From Raillietiella orientalis (lineage: Eukaryota), in NCBI GenBank assembly GCA_036172245.1, contig JAYWIR010000013.1:3286001-3350000 (forward strand): 64,000 nt of DNA, read 5' to 3'. The number at the start of each line of letters is the position of its first letter. Position 1 is the first letter of the stretch. Of the stretch, positions 35,726 through 47,920 are shown one piece after another. Both the position numbers and the translations under genes were made by a program. The notes under the pieces are model-generated. The model saw only the letters and a program-made list of their open reading frames with translations, was not told the origin of the DNA and did not search any database.

Positions 35726-37399
35726 TTATTCGGGAGCCGCGGACGGCAAGCCTGGAAGAAGAAGAAAACAAACGGCTTCGCGGTGATCGCCCAAAGACAG
35801 CCCAATGGCTCGTTCTAATCAGGGTTTTGGCAGCAGGAGCGATGGGGGAGGGTGCAAGCACCTCGCGGGAAGGAGCATCGCAATCTGATCCTCCTCCCCC
35901 TCTCCGATCCCCCAACGGCCGAACAAGGCAAATCAAATGATCAGCCACCAGGCAAGGCATTCGCGGTTAGAAGAGTGTCTGGGAGAGGGGGGAGGGGAAG
36001 GAAGCGAAAAGTTCGAGGGGGTCGCCTCCCTCCTTCCTTACTTTACTGACCAGAAGGAGGCTGCGATACGATCAGATCGACGTCCCGAAGACTCCTCAAC
36101 AGGAAGAAGCTAACCTGGAGTCCAGAGATTCCCAAAGGACCCAAGGACGCGGGCGCAGGGGCAGAAGGCAAGAGCGATGGAGGATCCGATGGCGCGGCTG
36201 CTCTCCCTCCCTTACACCCCTCCTGGGGGAGAGGAGTGACTTTCTCTGCCCTTTGGTAATTCGCGAAGGTCCATCCGGAGTTCCTTCCGCCGCGCCGCGC
36301 TCTCTTTTCCAGGAGAGGCGGTCCCTTTACCTGGGTTTCAGGTCGTGCGACCGGAGGGAATCGCCCGAGGACGAGTCGGGAGAAGAGTACGGGCGTCTTC
36401 CGTGCATTCCTGCTTGGAGGAGGGATCTCGGACCCTTAGTTCCCCCGCCGCCCCTCGGAAGACCTCGGGGAGTGCGCCGTGTTTCGGCGGTTCGCGGTAG
36501 ACAGAGAGAGCCCTGCGAGGGAGCTCCGGGTGAAAGTCTGGGGGGGGGGGGGTTGCGGGGTGACCGAGTGTTCCTTTGTTCTTGACCGCGAAGAGTGCTG
36601 CAGATCGAAATGAGCTTCAGGGAGGGTGCATGTTGTTGTTCCGGCGACCGAATCCGCATCCGTTTTAGGTCCACCGTCGGTCCGCGCTTGGCCACCGTCG
36701 CAGAACGGTGGTGCCGAAGCCTCCGAGCTGGCGGCTGCTTCCGCAGGGATGGGGACGATGGTGATGTAGGGACTGCCGCCGCTGTTCCAGCTGGGGGTTT
36801 TCTCCTGCTCCACGGGGCCGGCGACGGTGACCAGAACACGAAGTTCTGAGGTCGAGGCATGCCAGGGGCTCTCGGAAAATGCGGATTTCGATGAGGCAGG
36901 AGGAAGGTCCAGGCGCCGTGGGGTTGAGAAGCGACGCGCGCACTTCCGAGCCTCAGAAAAGATGATAGGAAAGAAAAAAAGGGGGAGGGGAGCGGCGGCG
37001 ATCCATGGGAGCTGCCTCTGCGTGCCCGGGTCTGGGACAGACCCTGCGTTCCCGGACGCTCCCGGCAGGGATCGACGACAGCCCTCTTTCCCCTTCTCGC
37101 CTCCCCGCGACCCCGCGTGCAGCTTTCTCTGACACTTCCGCGAGGACGTCCGGTGAAAGTTGGGGGGCTGACGAGGAAGGAAGGGGGGGGGGGGAGGGTG
37201 GCGTTACCGCCTTCGCACGAAGCGCTCCTGCTGCTGACCTGGAAGCGCCCCGACCGCTCTTCGTGGTCTCCTCGAGGGAGGGGTCTCGTTCCGCGGCTCC
37301 GAAAGAGGCCGTGTCGAGCCCCTCTAGGCACGGCCACATAATCGGCTCCCGCCAGGGGGTGCATTTTCCTCCTCCCCGTCCCTCCGGGTCCCCGCCAAA

Positions 37400-39520
37400 T
37401 TTACCGGCAAAGTACAGAGGGAGTTGGGTCACCGGGTCGCTCGTGCGGCGGCGTCAGCAGGTGCGCGCGGCGGCGGCTTTCGAACTGCCTGCCCACCTCC
37501 GCCGCCCTTTCCCCATTGTTTGGCAACAATGGGCGCGACGTCCGCTCGCTCTTCGCCGCTGGGCGCCCCACGTGCGCGCGCGCGCAGCCACTCCCGCCGG
37601 AGGAGGCCCCCCGGCGGCCTCCTGTTCCCGAGCAGGGAATGCGGTGGCTCCCGTCCGGAGTGGGAAAAACCGACCGCTCCCCCAGCCGCGGACGCCGCCC
37701 CGTCCTCCCCCCTTCCCCTGCCCCCGGCAGCCTGCCGCGCGCCACCACAAAAGCAAGCGCCGCCCGGTGCCCGGGGGTTCCGTGGTGGGACGGCAACAAC
37801 ATGGTGCTGACCTCTGCGCCGGTGCGGTCGCGCCGTTGAGGAGTGCACGGAGAAAGCGCGCGGTCAGGCCACGCTCCTGGGGAGCTCGGCCCAGGGGGAT
37901 TTCTCACGAGAAGGCGCAAGGGGGATCACGAGTCGAGGTGGCAGTAGAGTATGGCGGGGTGGTCGCTTGTGGTGGTCGCAGGTGCTTCTTGCCTGGAGGA
38001 ACGCTTGTGGACGTGGGATTGTCGCGCGGTTGTTGAGCGGGGAGGCCGTTGAGGCGACGAAGCGGATGGGATGGTGGGGTCTGGGGGCTCCTTTTGCATC
38101 CTGAATGCTTGGATGTTCTTTTCCCGACGGTGGGTCCGCAACCCGATGCCGTGACCAGGGGACGGCATCAAACACAGAAGACGACCCTTCCTTCCCGAGC
38201 ATCCCGCGTGAAAGTTTCCCGCTCCCGTGATCCGGGCTCCAATCCCGAACGTACATAATAAATAAATAAATATATGTGCTTATTCTGTATATAAATATCA
38301 ATAGCAAGCAGCCTATATGTATGTAAACATAAATACCAGTATATGTGTATCTATTTACAAATATATGTATATCAATACATGTAGATCGCTATATACATGT
38401 CAGTATGTGGATGTAAATATATTCATCAATATGCGGATGTAAATATGTATATAGAGAAACCTATATACATATTTCTGTATATATGTGTATGTGTTTGCGT
38501 TTATATATATATTTCTATATACGTTGAAACATTTGATAAGCATATGTCACTGTTTTTATAACATTTCGCAAGTATATCAACAATATAATGAGCAACTAAT
38601 TAATGATATTGATAAATATGTGTGTTCAACTAATACTGTTGTTTGTGGTATGGATGTTAATAAAAATGGATTACCATGAATAGCAAAATAAATATGTGTG
38701 TTAATCCCTGTAGAATAAGCACATATGTATTTATTTTCCATGATCTTTCGGGATCTTGAGCGCCGCTTCCCAGGGACTCCCCGCCGCTCGGGAATCCGCC
38801 CTTCTGGAATTTCCAGGAGGCTCCTCGAGAACTTTGGGAACGGTGGTGGCCCCCGGCGACCGGATCGTCAGGTGGGGTTTGCACGTGAGGCACAAGCGGC
38901 GTGAGGTCAACCCACCGACCTGCAGGTCATCCGAGAAGTCCAAATCGAGGAGACGGTGGACAATCCCTCCCCGAGATCTCTGCGTGCACACCGAAGCTTC
39001 CACGTGGGGGGCGTCTGGGCGCTGACCTACAGCGGGAGATGCACCAGGCGCGCCCGAGGCTACGTCGCCTGCTTTTGGTATACATCTTGTACATTCTTCC
39101 CGGTGCTGTTCGGATTCAAAGCGTGGGCGAAAGAGCGGTTTCCTTGCTCTGCAGTCGGATGGAAAGGCACGTCGCTGCATGAATCAATGTATGTACACAG
39201 ACTCCTCCAGAGTGAAATGGAGGAAGTGTGGATGCCGCTCCATGCGACGAGCTCCCCGTGCGAACAGGGAAACGGTCAAGATCCACCATATCCTTAAGAA
39301 GCAAACCAAAATCCTTAATCCTTGATCCCATCTATTCTGTTGTTTTGGAGCGCTCTTTTGTTCCTTTGTTTGCTTGCTTTTGGCCTTTTTTTTTTTTTCA
39401 ATATGAGGGAGGAGGAGGAAGAAGAGGAGGAGGGTGCTTGAGCCACGCGCTTCGTTTCTCTTACAAATCAGCAGGCAGCATCATTCGATCAATAAGACGG
39501 TGACACGGGTGAAAATCCTG
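37400..39520 (+). mobile_element. Decayed Tx1/L1-like LINE 3' half (copy A), interrupted by foldback copy 2
   Basis: Left of the insertion: W..RPLA, then PWWDGNNMV...PVRS (compare FxWxG..V..P..GG). Right of it: a degenerate zf-RVT (C..S..EETVD), a T-rich 3' UTR and a terminal ...CGGGTGAAAATCC like copies C and D. Confidence 0.5.
38190..38795. mobile_element. AT-rich foldback/long-TIR element, copy 2
   Basis: Left AATCCCGAACGTACATAATAAATAAATAAATATATGTGCTTATTCTGTA versus right-end reverse complement GATCCCGAAAGATCATGGAAAATAAATACATATGTGCTTATTCTACA. Outer pair TTCCCGAGC (38192-38200) and GCTCGGGAA (38786-38794). Confidence 0.8.
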
Positions 39521-39859
39521 CAAAAACCAACAGGAGAGGTGGGCTGGGGATCGACCCTTGCTGCGGGGTCATTCTGTATACGGGTGGCGGCTCCGGTTAC
39601 GGTGGCGCGGTTACGCACGTTTTCCGGGAATCGTCATGGTGATGGGTTTACTTGATGGACTGACTGCTGGGGGGTTCTTGGAAATGCAAAAGGGCAGATA
39701 GGGTTGCTCGTCGCCATTTTCATGTTGCCAGCTGGCTTGTTGCTAGATACGAGAGTGGCTCCTCAGCCAAGCAACTCGAAAACTGCACAGCTATGGAGGC
39801 GCTGTGTACACAACGGTATTGAACGTGTACCTTAAAGGGTACACGTTCAAGGGAGCAAC

Positions 39860-40535
39860 CGGGCCCTCCCCCTGAAGTGACAGGAGTCGGCGCTTCTGGT
39901 GTTGCACTAGGGTATCCCTTGAAATGCCCACCGGTCTCAATGGACCCGGGTGCTGTGGACTCCAGCTGTTGCAGGTGCGGGGAGCTGGAATTCCGGTTCC
40001 CGCACCTGTTCGTAGATTGCGTTGCCCTCCGGCCCCTGTGGTCACGTTACGCAACGTCCCTTGGCTCACCGACGGACAATCCCAGGGGCGTGGCGAAGCA
40101 CTTCTTCGTGAGCCTAACGCCTGCCGCATCCCCAGCATCTCTTTGCTGCTGCCTACGTGGGATTGTGGCGGCCTGGAGCCACGCGAGAGGAGGACGGCGC
40201 GATGGGGGCGCCATCTGCCCTTCGCTTTGCGCTTCCTGAGGACGACAGCACGATGGCCCCACCTGGGACATACTCGAATGGAACTTGCCGCCATCCTGGA
40301 AAGGATGCAGAAGACGTCCTCCAGCAAACAGTGATCCCTTCCCGCGTCCTCCAGGGCTTTTTTTATCATTGATTTTTATTTTTGTTTGCCCCCTTCGCTG
40401 CCGAGGCGAATCTCACCGGTATGCGTGCCGGTTATGCGGCAGGTTCCGAGCATTTTCGGACAGTGTAGGGCCGATGGCCCTACACCTGCATGTTCATTAT
40501 TTTTCATAATGAACGCCTCGGAGTGACCGAGTAAT
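39860..40535 (+). mobile_element. LINE 3' end (copy B) with zf-RVT zinc finger and 3' UTR
   Basis: CCRCGELEFRFPHLFVDCVALRPLW (CxxC..E..HL..C) is homologous to copies C and D. It is followed by a T-rich UTR and the terminal hairpin CTCGG-AGTGA-CCGAG. Confidence 0.8.
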
Positions 40536-40543
40536 TAGCCCAA

Positions 40544-40620
40544 GAGATCTGCCGCCCTTCTGAGTGACTGACTCACACCAACGTGACTGTTGGTGTGAGG
40601 TTTCAGGGAGGCAGATCCTC
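40544..40620. repeat. Imperfect inverted repeat (about 77-nt hairpin)
   Basis: Perfect stem CTCACACCAAC (40572-40582) with GTTGGTGTGAG (40589-40599), 6-nt loop, plus an outer stem GATCTGCC/GGCAGATC. Confidence 0.85.
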
Positions 40621-40639
40621 GGCACATGAGAGGTCAGCT

Positions 40640-42900
40640 GACTCGTTCTCGTACCATCGGAACGCTCGGGTACGCGGGAGTTTTTCCGGAAATTTCGCGT
40701 TCACGGGCTGCTAATGTCTTCCACGCACCCCTGGGCTTGGTTTGTCGAGGGGAACGGTAAGCTCTGCGAGAAGTGACGCGCACCCTTTGAGCAAGAGCCG
40801 AAGGGGGTACGCGCCACCTTCCCGATGCTGACATTGGAACGAGGAACCCTATGGTACTGGGATGACCCCTATGGTGTTCCTAAGGGGAGGTTTGCCTGGT
40901 GACTTTCTTGACATTGCGCTTCCGGGGCCAAAATGAAGCGACTGGTGGGAAGAAAAGCTGCGAAACTCCTTGGAAAGGGCTGGGCTCCAGGCGAAGCCAT
41001 AGGGACTATGAGTGGGCGGCTGCCAGCTTTTCTGTTTATTCCGGACAGTCGCGGTTTCCGGCCCGAAGAAGGGGATTTTTCGGAGGCTGACTGCTTCCAG
41101 TTCCCGTGGCAGGACGGGACCAAAGGGCTGGAGCGCTACTTATTTGCGGTTCTCGAGGAACCGTTAGCTGCTTGCAGCTGGTGGAGAGTTGGCGCCGCCA
41201 CAACGAAAGAGACGGCCGCTGCCACTGAAGAGGCTGCGCACATCTCACCTACCTGTGGAGAAGCTCCTGTCAGCGTCATCTGTTGGTTTTCACCACCTCC
41301 GTTTCCCTGTCTCTTTAGCTTTTCCTACAGCTTCCTGAGGATCTTCTGTTGAGGTAGGTGATCTTTCCGGTAGTGTTTCCAGTGGACATCCCGAAGACAA
41401 TGCATCTTCAAATTTATCTTCCCTTTCTGATGTATTCCCTCCTGTTTCCTGGAAATATTTGATATCCTTAACACTCCATGATTTTTCAGACCCCGCCACA
41501 ATCGCTCTTGCAGCGGCAGCCAATCTCCTGGAGGCGAAGTGTGAAACCGTCCCACGATCCTTGCTCTCCTCCTGCTTCGCCTCTTCCAGTGCCGCCTTGA
41601 GGGAAGGTGATGAACAGGATGGCTCGCTTTCCTTCTCCCTGAGGCACTGGACCTAGTTTGAACTTTGGGTCCGCACCCGGAGTGGCCTGGCTGGCAGCTA
41701 CCATCCTTCGGCGTTCCGGGGGTAAAGTTCCGGGTAGCTCGCCTCTGAGTGTGGGTCATCAGCTCGTCTGCATTTACCGTTGTTGGCTTCTGATGCGACT
41801 GCTGAACATCTGACCACCCCATCGTAGGCAACATCCAGGTGGTAGATCGGCGAAGTCCCCTGGAGCTCGGCTCTCTGCCAGCACTGGCAGGACGAACGAG
41901 CCTGCGAAGCGGAAGTCTTCTCCGAAAGTGCCGGACCGAGTCCTCGTGGTTTCGCCAGCTGCAGAGATGGCGGTGAGCCTAGGGTCACCTATCTTGTGGC
42001 TCCGGGTAGAATGGTCGGAACCGTAGCCGTTTCAGTAGATGGTGTGCGTGTGGCAGCCGGTGAGGCTAGGCATGCAGGAGCCGCGCAACTGTGGATACCC
42101 TATGGACTACCTACTCAAAGAACGTGGAGGGCCGGGCGTGTCCTAGGCAAGGGAAATTCCTCATCATTCAGTCGCCAAGAAATGACCTCACCTCTCGCTT
42201 GCATGGAAGTGGCCTCCCCTTGCTGTTCCCTCATGCTTTGGAAAGCCTGTTCTTGTTTCGCCAGCGATGGCTGCTGTGAGGCTGCGGTCGCCGCCCGTGG
42301 CGCCGATCGTCGCGGGTACGAATCCCCACGCGGAGGATCGACACCGAGAAATGGAAGTGCGACGCGTGCATTAGAGTACCCCCCCTCTCAATACGACCCC
42401 GGTTGACCTGCAGGCTTCAAATGCGGAAACCGGATGTCCCCGCTGACTGGCCGGGATAGGAAGTCGACCTTCCGAGGTCCTTCCAGGACATCAAGGAGTC
42501 CTTCGGGATTGCTTTCCAATGCGTGAGAATGGGGCTGTCTTCCATCTCGTACCACGGTGCTGGCTGGTACCTCTACTCCGATGGTCGCTTCCCCAGTATG
42601 CAAGAAGCGCGCTGCTCCCTTCGGGGAAATCGGGATGCGCCCTCTTGAAGTTCTCTTCAGAGGAGGAGGAAACAAGGAACGGGTCCATTCCGGAGTCCCT
42701 TGAGGGAGGGGAGATGAGGAGTCGTCCCTTCTGGGGGGCCTTCCGGAGAGAATTAGGAAGAGAGGAGGTCCCCTTCGGGAATTTCTCTCCAGGTGTGAGA
42801 GGAACGAACTCCCTTCTCCGGAGCCCCTTCCTGGATTCACAGTATGATTCCTTCTAGGGATGGCCATCTATAAATTGAAGAGGTAACACGCATCCTCTGG
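40640..42900 (-). mobile_element. Decayed 5' part of a LINE (gag-like ORF1, possibly the start of the endonuclease)
   Basis: Minus strand LLDVLEGPRKVDFL..GDIRFPHL..FVPATI..AGETR..GH resembles Tx1/L1-type ORF1 with an eroded CCHC knuckle, followed by low-complexity S/P/R/K sequence. Many frameshifts. Confidence 0.45.
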
Positions 42901-43311
42901 CGGCGTGGATGGTGTTAAAGATCCCCTAAGAGGGCGAACGGCTCTTCGGCGAACTCCCAAAACAGAAAACCTTAAAAGAAAAGAAAAAAAGTCTGGAAGG
43001 AAAGCAGCGAAGCGAAAGAACTCGAAAGGATTTCCATCTTGGGCTGGATACGACGTCACGTGCCAACGGACGCACCTATGGATCGTCGCTCACGGAGAAC
43101 GCGACGTGTGTTCGTCGGCATCCTTGCCGTGACGAGAGGGGGGTCGAGTTGTTGGCCGCCCTCGAGTTGGAAGTGCTGCGAGTTGACGAGTCCATGGACG
43201 GAGCGATGGGCAGTTCGGGACGCCCCTGTGAAAGGGAAAGACGACAGCAGCAACAACAAAAGCGTCACGAAACCCATCTTTCCGGTGAACCAGTCGTTCT
43301 GCAAACAGGGA

Positions 43312-43372
43312 TGTTCCTTGCTTCCTTGGAGACGGATTGCGCGCCCAGATTTGAGATTCCTCGTGTGTGAGT
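43312..43372 (+). repeat. 61-bp near-identical direct repeat, copy 1 (partner at 47860-47920)
   Basis: TGTTCCTTGCTTCCTTGGAGACGGATTGCGCGCCCAGATTTGAGATTCCTCGTGTGTGAGT; 2 mismatches to the partner. Confidence 0.95.
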
Positions 43373-43399
43373 CGCCGATTGATTCCCCAAGTGATCCCC

Positions 43400-46300
43400 T
43401 CCCCCCGCCTTCCCGCTTTTTTTTCCAGCGTTTATTCCATCCCCATTCTCCTGGCAGCTCGTCTGTCTGCCTCCCCAGCATCCAGATTCTTCCGATGTCT
43501 CCGCTGTGCTCGTCCCATTTTTCGCCGATCTCTCCGGACACGAAACCGGCCATTCGTTGCTTCGGCAACGGAGGCAGCGTCCTCTGGATCCCCCGTCGGA
43601 TCCGGAGAGGTCAGCTGCTTCGAAGCTGCTGTCATCTCCGGAGTGTCATCTCCAGATTGACCGGTCAGGTCCCATCGAGTTGTCGGCGGCATCCAAGCTG
43701 CCCGCTGGTGCTGCCCTTCCCCCGGGGCACCTTTCCGAGCGTGGGAGGAAGAACGGAGTCCTTTCTTCGGAGCCCTTCTGTCCTGTGCCGCAGGGCATCA
43801 ACTTTCCGGCCCTCTGGAAGACGCGCGACGAGCGCGCTGATAGCGGGATATCAAGAAAAAGCAGGACGCCCTGCTGCGGGAGAAGGGCACGGAGATCGCC
43901 GGCTGCGGTCAAAATCCCGAAAGGTCACAAGAGACGAACACGTGTGCTCGTTCCACACAGAGTGGTGTGCATATTTATTTTAATACGCGTGACCATTCCT
44001 ATGTATTACCACATATATTACTAACAGGAATGTTATTGGAACATATATATTTATTAAGATTTAAGGACAAACGTTTTATTAACAAAATCAATAAACTGTT
44101 GATCATATTATTGATATGTATATCAAAGATTATAAGAAATGAATATATATACTTATTATGCATATTTATATATATATTTCATAAGAAGATTAATATCTGG
44201 GTCAATCACATATCATGAAGATTATAAAAAATACATATACGTATTTTATATACATTCGTGTGTAAATTTATGTAGAAATTAATGTATGGTTTAATGTACA
44301 TTAGGAAGATTATGATAAATAAATATATATGCTTATTATAGGCATCAATATTCATGGATAGTATATATATATATGTATATATGGAATATAAATATGCACA
44401 TATATATGCTATTTGCGTGTGTACATAAATACACACACATATATATATATCTATGTGTGTATAAATATATATATGTCAATACATATAATAAGAATATGTA
44501 TATTCCTTTTTTTATAATCTTCATGATATTCATTAATCCATATATTAATCTTTATATAAATATGCATATCGATATGTATAATAAGAATACATATTTAGTT
44601 TTTATAATAGTTTAAATATGTATCAGTATACAATCAACAGCTTATTAGTTCTATTAATAAAATGTATGTTAATAAACATATTCAGTGCTCCAATAATATC
44701 TTTCTTGATAATATACATGGTAATAAATATAAATAAGTATGTATATCGACATAAATTTGTACACTAAGCTATGTAGAATAAGCTCACGTGTTTATTTTTG
44801 ATGACCTTTCGGGATTTCGAACCTGTTTATTTTTGATCCCGGAGCCCGTTCTCCGGGAGTCCGATCAGCTGGGACGCACGCTGTCGGCCCTTCGGCAGCC
44901 CATCCGAGGAGGCATCCCGGAAGTCGAGGGAGGAGAAGCGCCGTGCAGCCCTTCCGTGTCCCACCGGAATCCGGAAGCCGGTCCCCGCCCTGCTCCCTTG
45001 GCTCCCCGGTCCGTAGCGACCGGATGAGCGCGGCATCTCGCGGCATTCCCGGAAGTACGAAGGCACGGTGCTCACGGTACGATTCGGCACCCGAGGGACA
45101 CTTACTGGACGCGCCGCCCAGGATTTGCGCCGAGCAAGCAGTTCGGTTCCCGCTTGCGCCCCAGGAGATGGATGCAGCCAAAGGAAGGGAGATGAAGACT
45201 ACCCAGAGGGTGATGCTCGGGCTGAGGTCAGCTGAACAGCGCCCGACGTACCTCTCGTCGTGCCCTCTCCCTCTCTGAGGGAAGCAACATCTCTTGGCTG
45301 ACTGACCGCCTGGTGCCATTCCGCCGTCCTGCGCGTTCCCGGCCGTTGGTAGCGCGCCCAAATCCAGCAAGTTCTTTTCAAGGGTTGCCGTGGGAACCGA
45401 TCCGCAGTCCGCAGCTGTGGCCGCTTTGCGCCGATCTTGGCGTATTCCGCGAGTTCCGACAGAAACGATCCGGAGGCTCAAGTGGTCTGCTTAAGGGCCT
45501 CCCCGAGGTCCAACCCGGTGGCTCCCTCCCGCGGATCTCGGCGGCGCTTCTCCTTCGCTACCCAAGGCTTCTTGGCCCCGCGGTGAGTCAATGCGCACCT
45601 GCTGGGGCCGATCGACGGCTTGGCTTTTTGCCCCAAATCGCGAAGAAAGACGGATGCGTTGCTGAGATCCGCACGTCCTTCGACTTTGCCACCAATCCCG
45701 GTCAGGGCACGGTTGCTAAGAAGGAGGGGGGGTGGAGATTCCCTCCAACAGGCTTTCTTTGCTTGTAATGGAAGAGAACTGAAGGGCCATCCCTGCTTCA
45801 CCCTCAGACGAAGCTGGGAGTCCCTAAGGGCTCGAGAGCAAGAGTCTCCGCATTTGCCTCCGCGTCGCTCTCGAGGATTCCTCCCGTTCCCCCTTTTCTC
45901 GCAGCTGCTGTCCTTTGTCGTCCTTTCCGTCCCAGCTGCTCTCATGGGATGGTTCCTGGTGCATCTTCTGGACCTGTGAATGCAATGCGCAAGTACCGAA
46001 AGGATCTTCTGGAGTCGTCAAGCCTGGTTCGAAGGGAGCAGCTTTCTTCCAGGACTCTCTCCGGGAGCAGACAACCCTGTCGTCCATGAGCCTATGTTTA
46101 AGTCTTCTGTGGAGGCCTTCAATACTCCGCCTCAATAAGTGCAGTAGCCAGCTGGCACGGGTCTTCACAAGGCGATCCCTGTCGGCGCTGAAGAAGATTT
46201 ATGAACGATCGAGACTGTCGTCAGGGCCGTCGCCGTCTGCGGCGCATCCTGAAGGCATCTTCCAACAATGCCGTCCCGAATGATCTCCCGACTCTCATCC

Positions 46301-46700
46301 ATCCAGCAGATTCTGCGGAGGGAATTTTTTTTTCCGCTTTTGCTCACGTCGACGAAAGCTGCTGCACCCTCGTCCACTTTGGCCTCTGGCGCACCCTCAT
46401 CCGAAATGGGAGGGCGGTGATGCAGGCGACGTGAACCGAAACAAACGGGAAATCTAAAGAGGACTCCTCGGATTCCGAGCAAACGTCCATAGGTGCGGTT
46501 CCAGCCATCACCTCCTTCATCCGGAGGCACCACCCCTCCGGAGGGGTGCGGACGTAACGGCATGGAAGGCACTCCTAGAAGAGCAGGGGGTGCAGCAGAG
46601 TCCCCGCCTGGACCATCCGCTACTCTCCGCGGAAATCCAAGACTCCAGCAGATGCCCTAGCGAAGGAGGAACGCTCGAAAGGGTGATGCCCCCCTCCTTC
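43400..46700 (-). mobile_element. Decayed Tx1/L1-like ORF2 (linker and RT), split by foldback copy 3
   Basis: Eroded motifs in the correct order on the minus strand: RVRQRPKW (RSRxxW), LDLGEALKQT (LDxxKAFD), DLSPSITLWVVFISLPLA (PLSPxLF..EPL), and after the insertion LFLDIPL (YLGIPL) and CPGGRAA (LSxxGR). Confidence 0.6.
43877..44856. mobile_element. AT-rich foldback/long-TIR element, copy 3 (best preserved, close to a 1-kb palindrome)
   Basis: Left AAAATCCCGAAAGGTCACAAGAGACGAACACGTGTGCTCGTTCCACA versus right-end reverse complement GAAATCCCGAAAGGTCATCAAAAATAAACACGTGAGCTTATTCTACA. Inverted similarity continues several hundred bp inward (e.g. AATAAACTGTTGAT with ATCAACAGCTTATT; ATATCATGAAGATTATAAAAA with TTTTTATAATCTTCATGATAT). 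Confidence 0.85.
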
Positions 46701-47859
46701 TTCCCCAGCCAATCCCTCTTATCCCTCTTCCCGAAATCCGTGCAAAGGAGGGAAGCTGTTTCCTGACCTGCGACGCGAGGGAACAGCGGAGGTCCTTCCC
46801 GTTGTCGTCTTCCACATGCGTCCTCTTTATTTCTCGGAGTACAACGTATCCCGGACGCTGGCCAAACCGGGGAGACGCACACCTGCCGCGAGCCGCTCGC
46901 ATTCTCCTTCGAGCACACCGTGCGCAAAAATCGGAGCGCGGCGCGGCGACGCTGCTGCCAGCGGCGCTCAGCTGAGCAGACTGTCCAGAACGGCGCGCCT
47001 CTGAAAGCCATTTCCCAACGGGACGTGGCAGGTGGTGGCGAGAAGAAGTGGCTGCTATACCGAGGATTCCTCCTCCTGCATCCGAAGGCCTTCCTCCCCC
47101 CCCCCCCCCTCCCCATTCACCCCGTCCTTTACGTCTTTTTCCGTTGGTTTCCGCCTTGCCGTCGTCCCTTTTGAAACCCCCCACCTTCAAGGAAAGAACA
47201 AAGGGAGGATGAAGAATGTGGCGAATGATGAACCCTTTGCTCCCGGAGGGGAGAGAGAGATTGCAGGAACTGAGTTCGGAGGAGAGCGCGCAAATCCACT
47301 TCCTTCTCCCTCCCCACTCTTCGCCGATGCAGGTGCCGCCAGCGGGCATCCGCCACGGGATTCTTGCCGTTTTCGCTCGGCGGGGTAGTTCCTGTTCCTG
47401 CCGGTTTCCCGCGGGAAACGGGAAGGAGGGAGGGAACTGGACGGGAGAACTGAACTGATCAGGTCAGTGGAAGGATGAAGGACGTCGCAGAGTAGGGACA
47501 GGAGGAACTCTGGGACGGAATTCGGCCTCTGGAGGCGGAGCGTCTCCAGCAGCCACGTGGTGGCTGTTACAGCGCGACGTGTGACCTGCAGGGGGAAGAG
47601 ATCGAGAACTAGGGGGCTTTCCCTTCGCCCCATTCAGCAGCAGGTGGCGCCTCCTATCGAGGAGAGGTCACGAACGGGAAGATGGGCGGTAAGAGGAAGA
47701 AAATCCCGTTCCCGAAATTCTGAGGAGGGGAAGAGGGGACTCCTAGTGGCACCGGGAGCCAGTGAAGAAGCAGACTACCGGTGTCTCTTGCTCTCCGCCA
47801 CCAGTGCAGATCGGGGAAGGTGGCGCCGGCAGGAGTTCCGGGCAGGACATCCCGAGATC

Positions 47860-47920
47860 TGTTCCTTGCTTCCTTGGAGACGGATTGCGCCCCCAGATTT
47901 GAGATTCCTCGTGCGTGAGT
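47860..47920 (+). repeat. 61-bp near-identical direct repeat, copy 2 (partner at 43312-43372)
   Basis: TGTTCCTTGCTTCCTTGGAGACGGATTGCGCCCCCAGATTTGAGATTCCTCGTGCGTGAGT. Confidence 0.95.

Noticed and set aside
34410..35960. Plus-strand ORFs 34410-35075, 34991-35818, 35256-35786 and minus ORF 35289-35960
   Set aside because: Antisense or alternate-frame shadows of the codon-biased coiled-coil exon.
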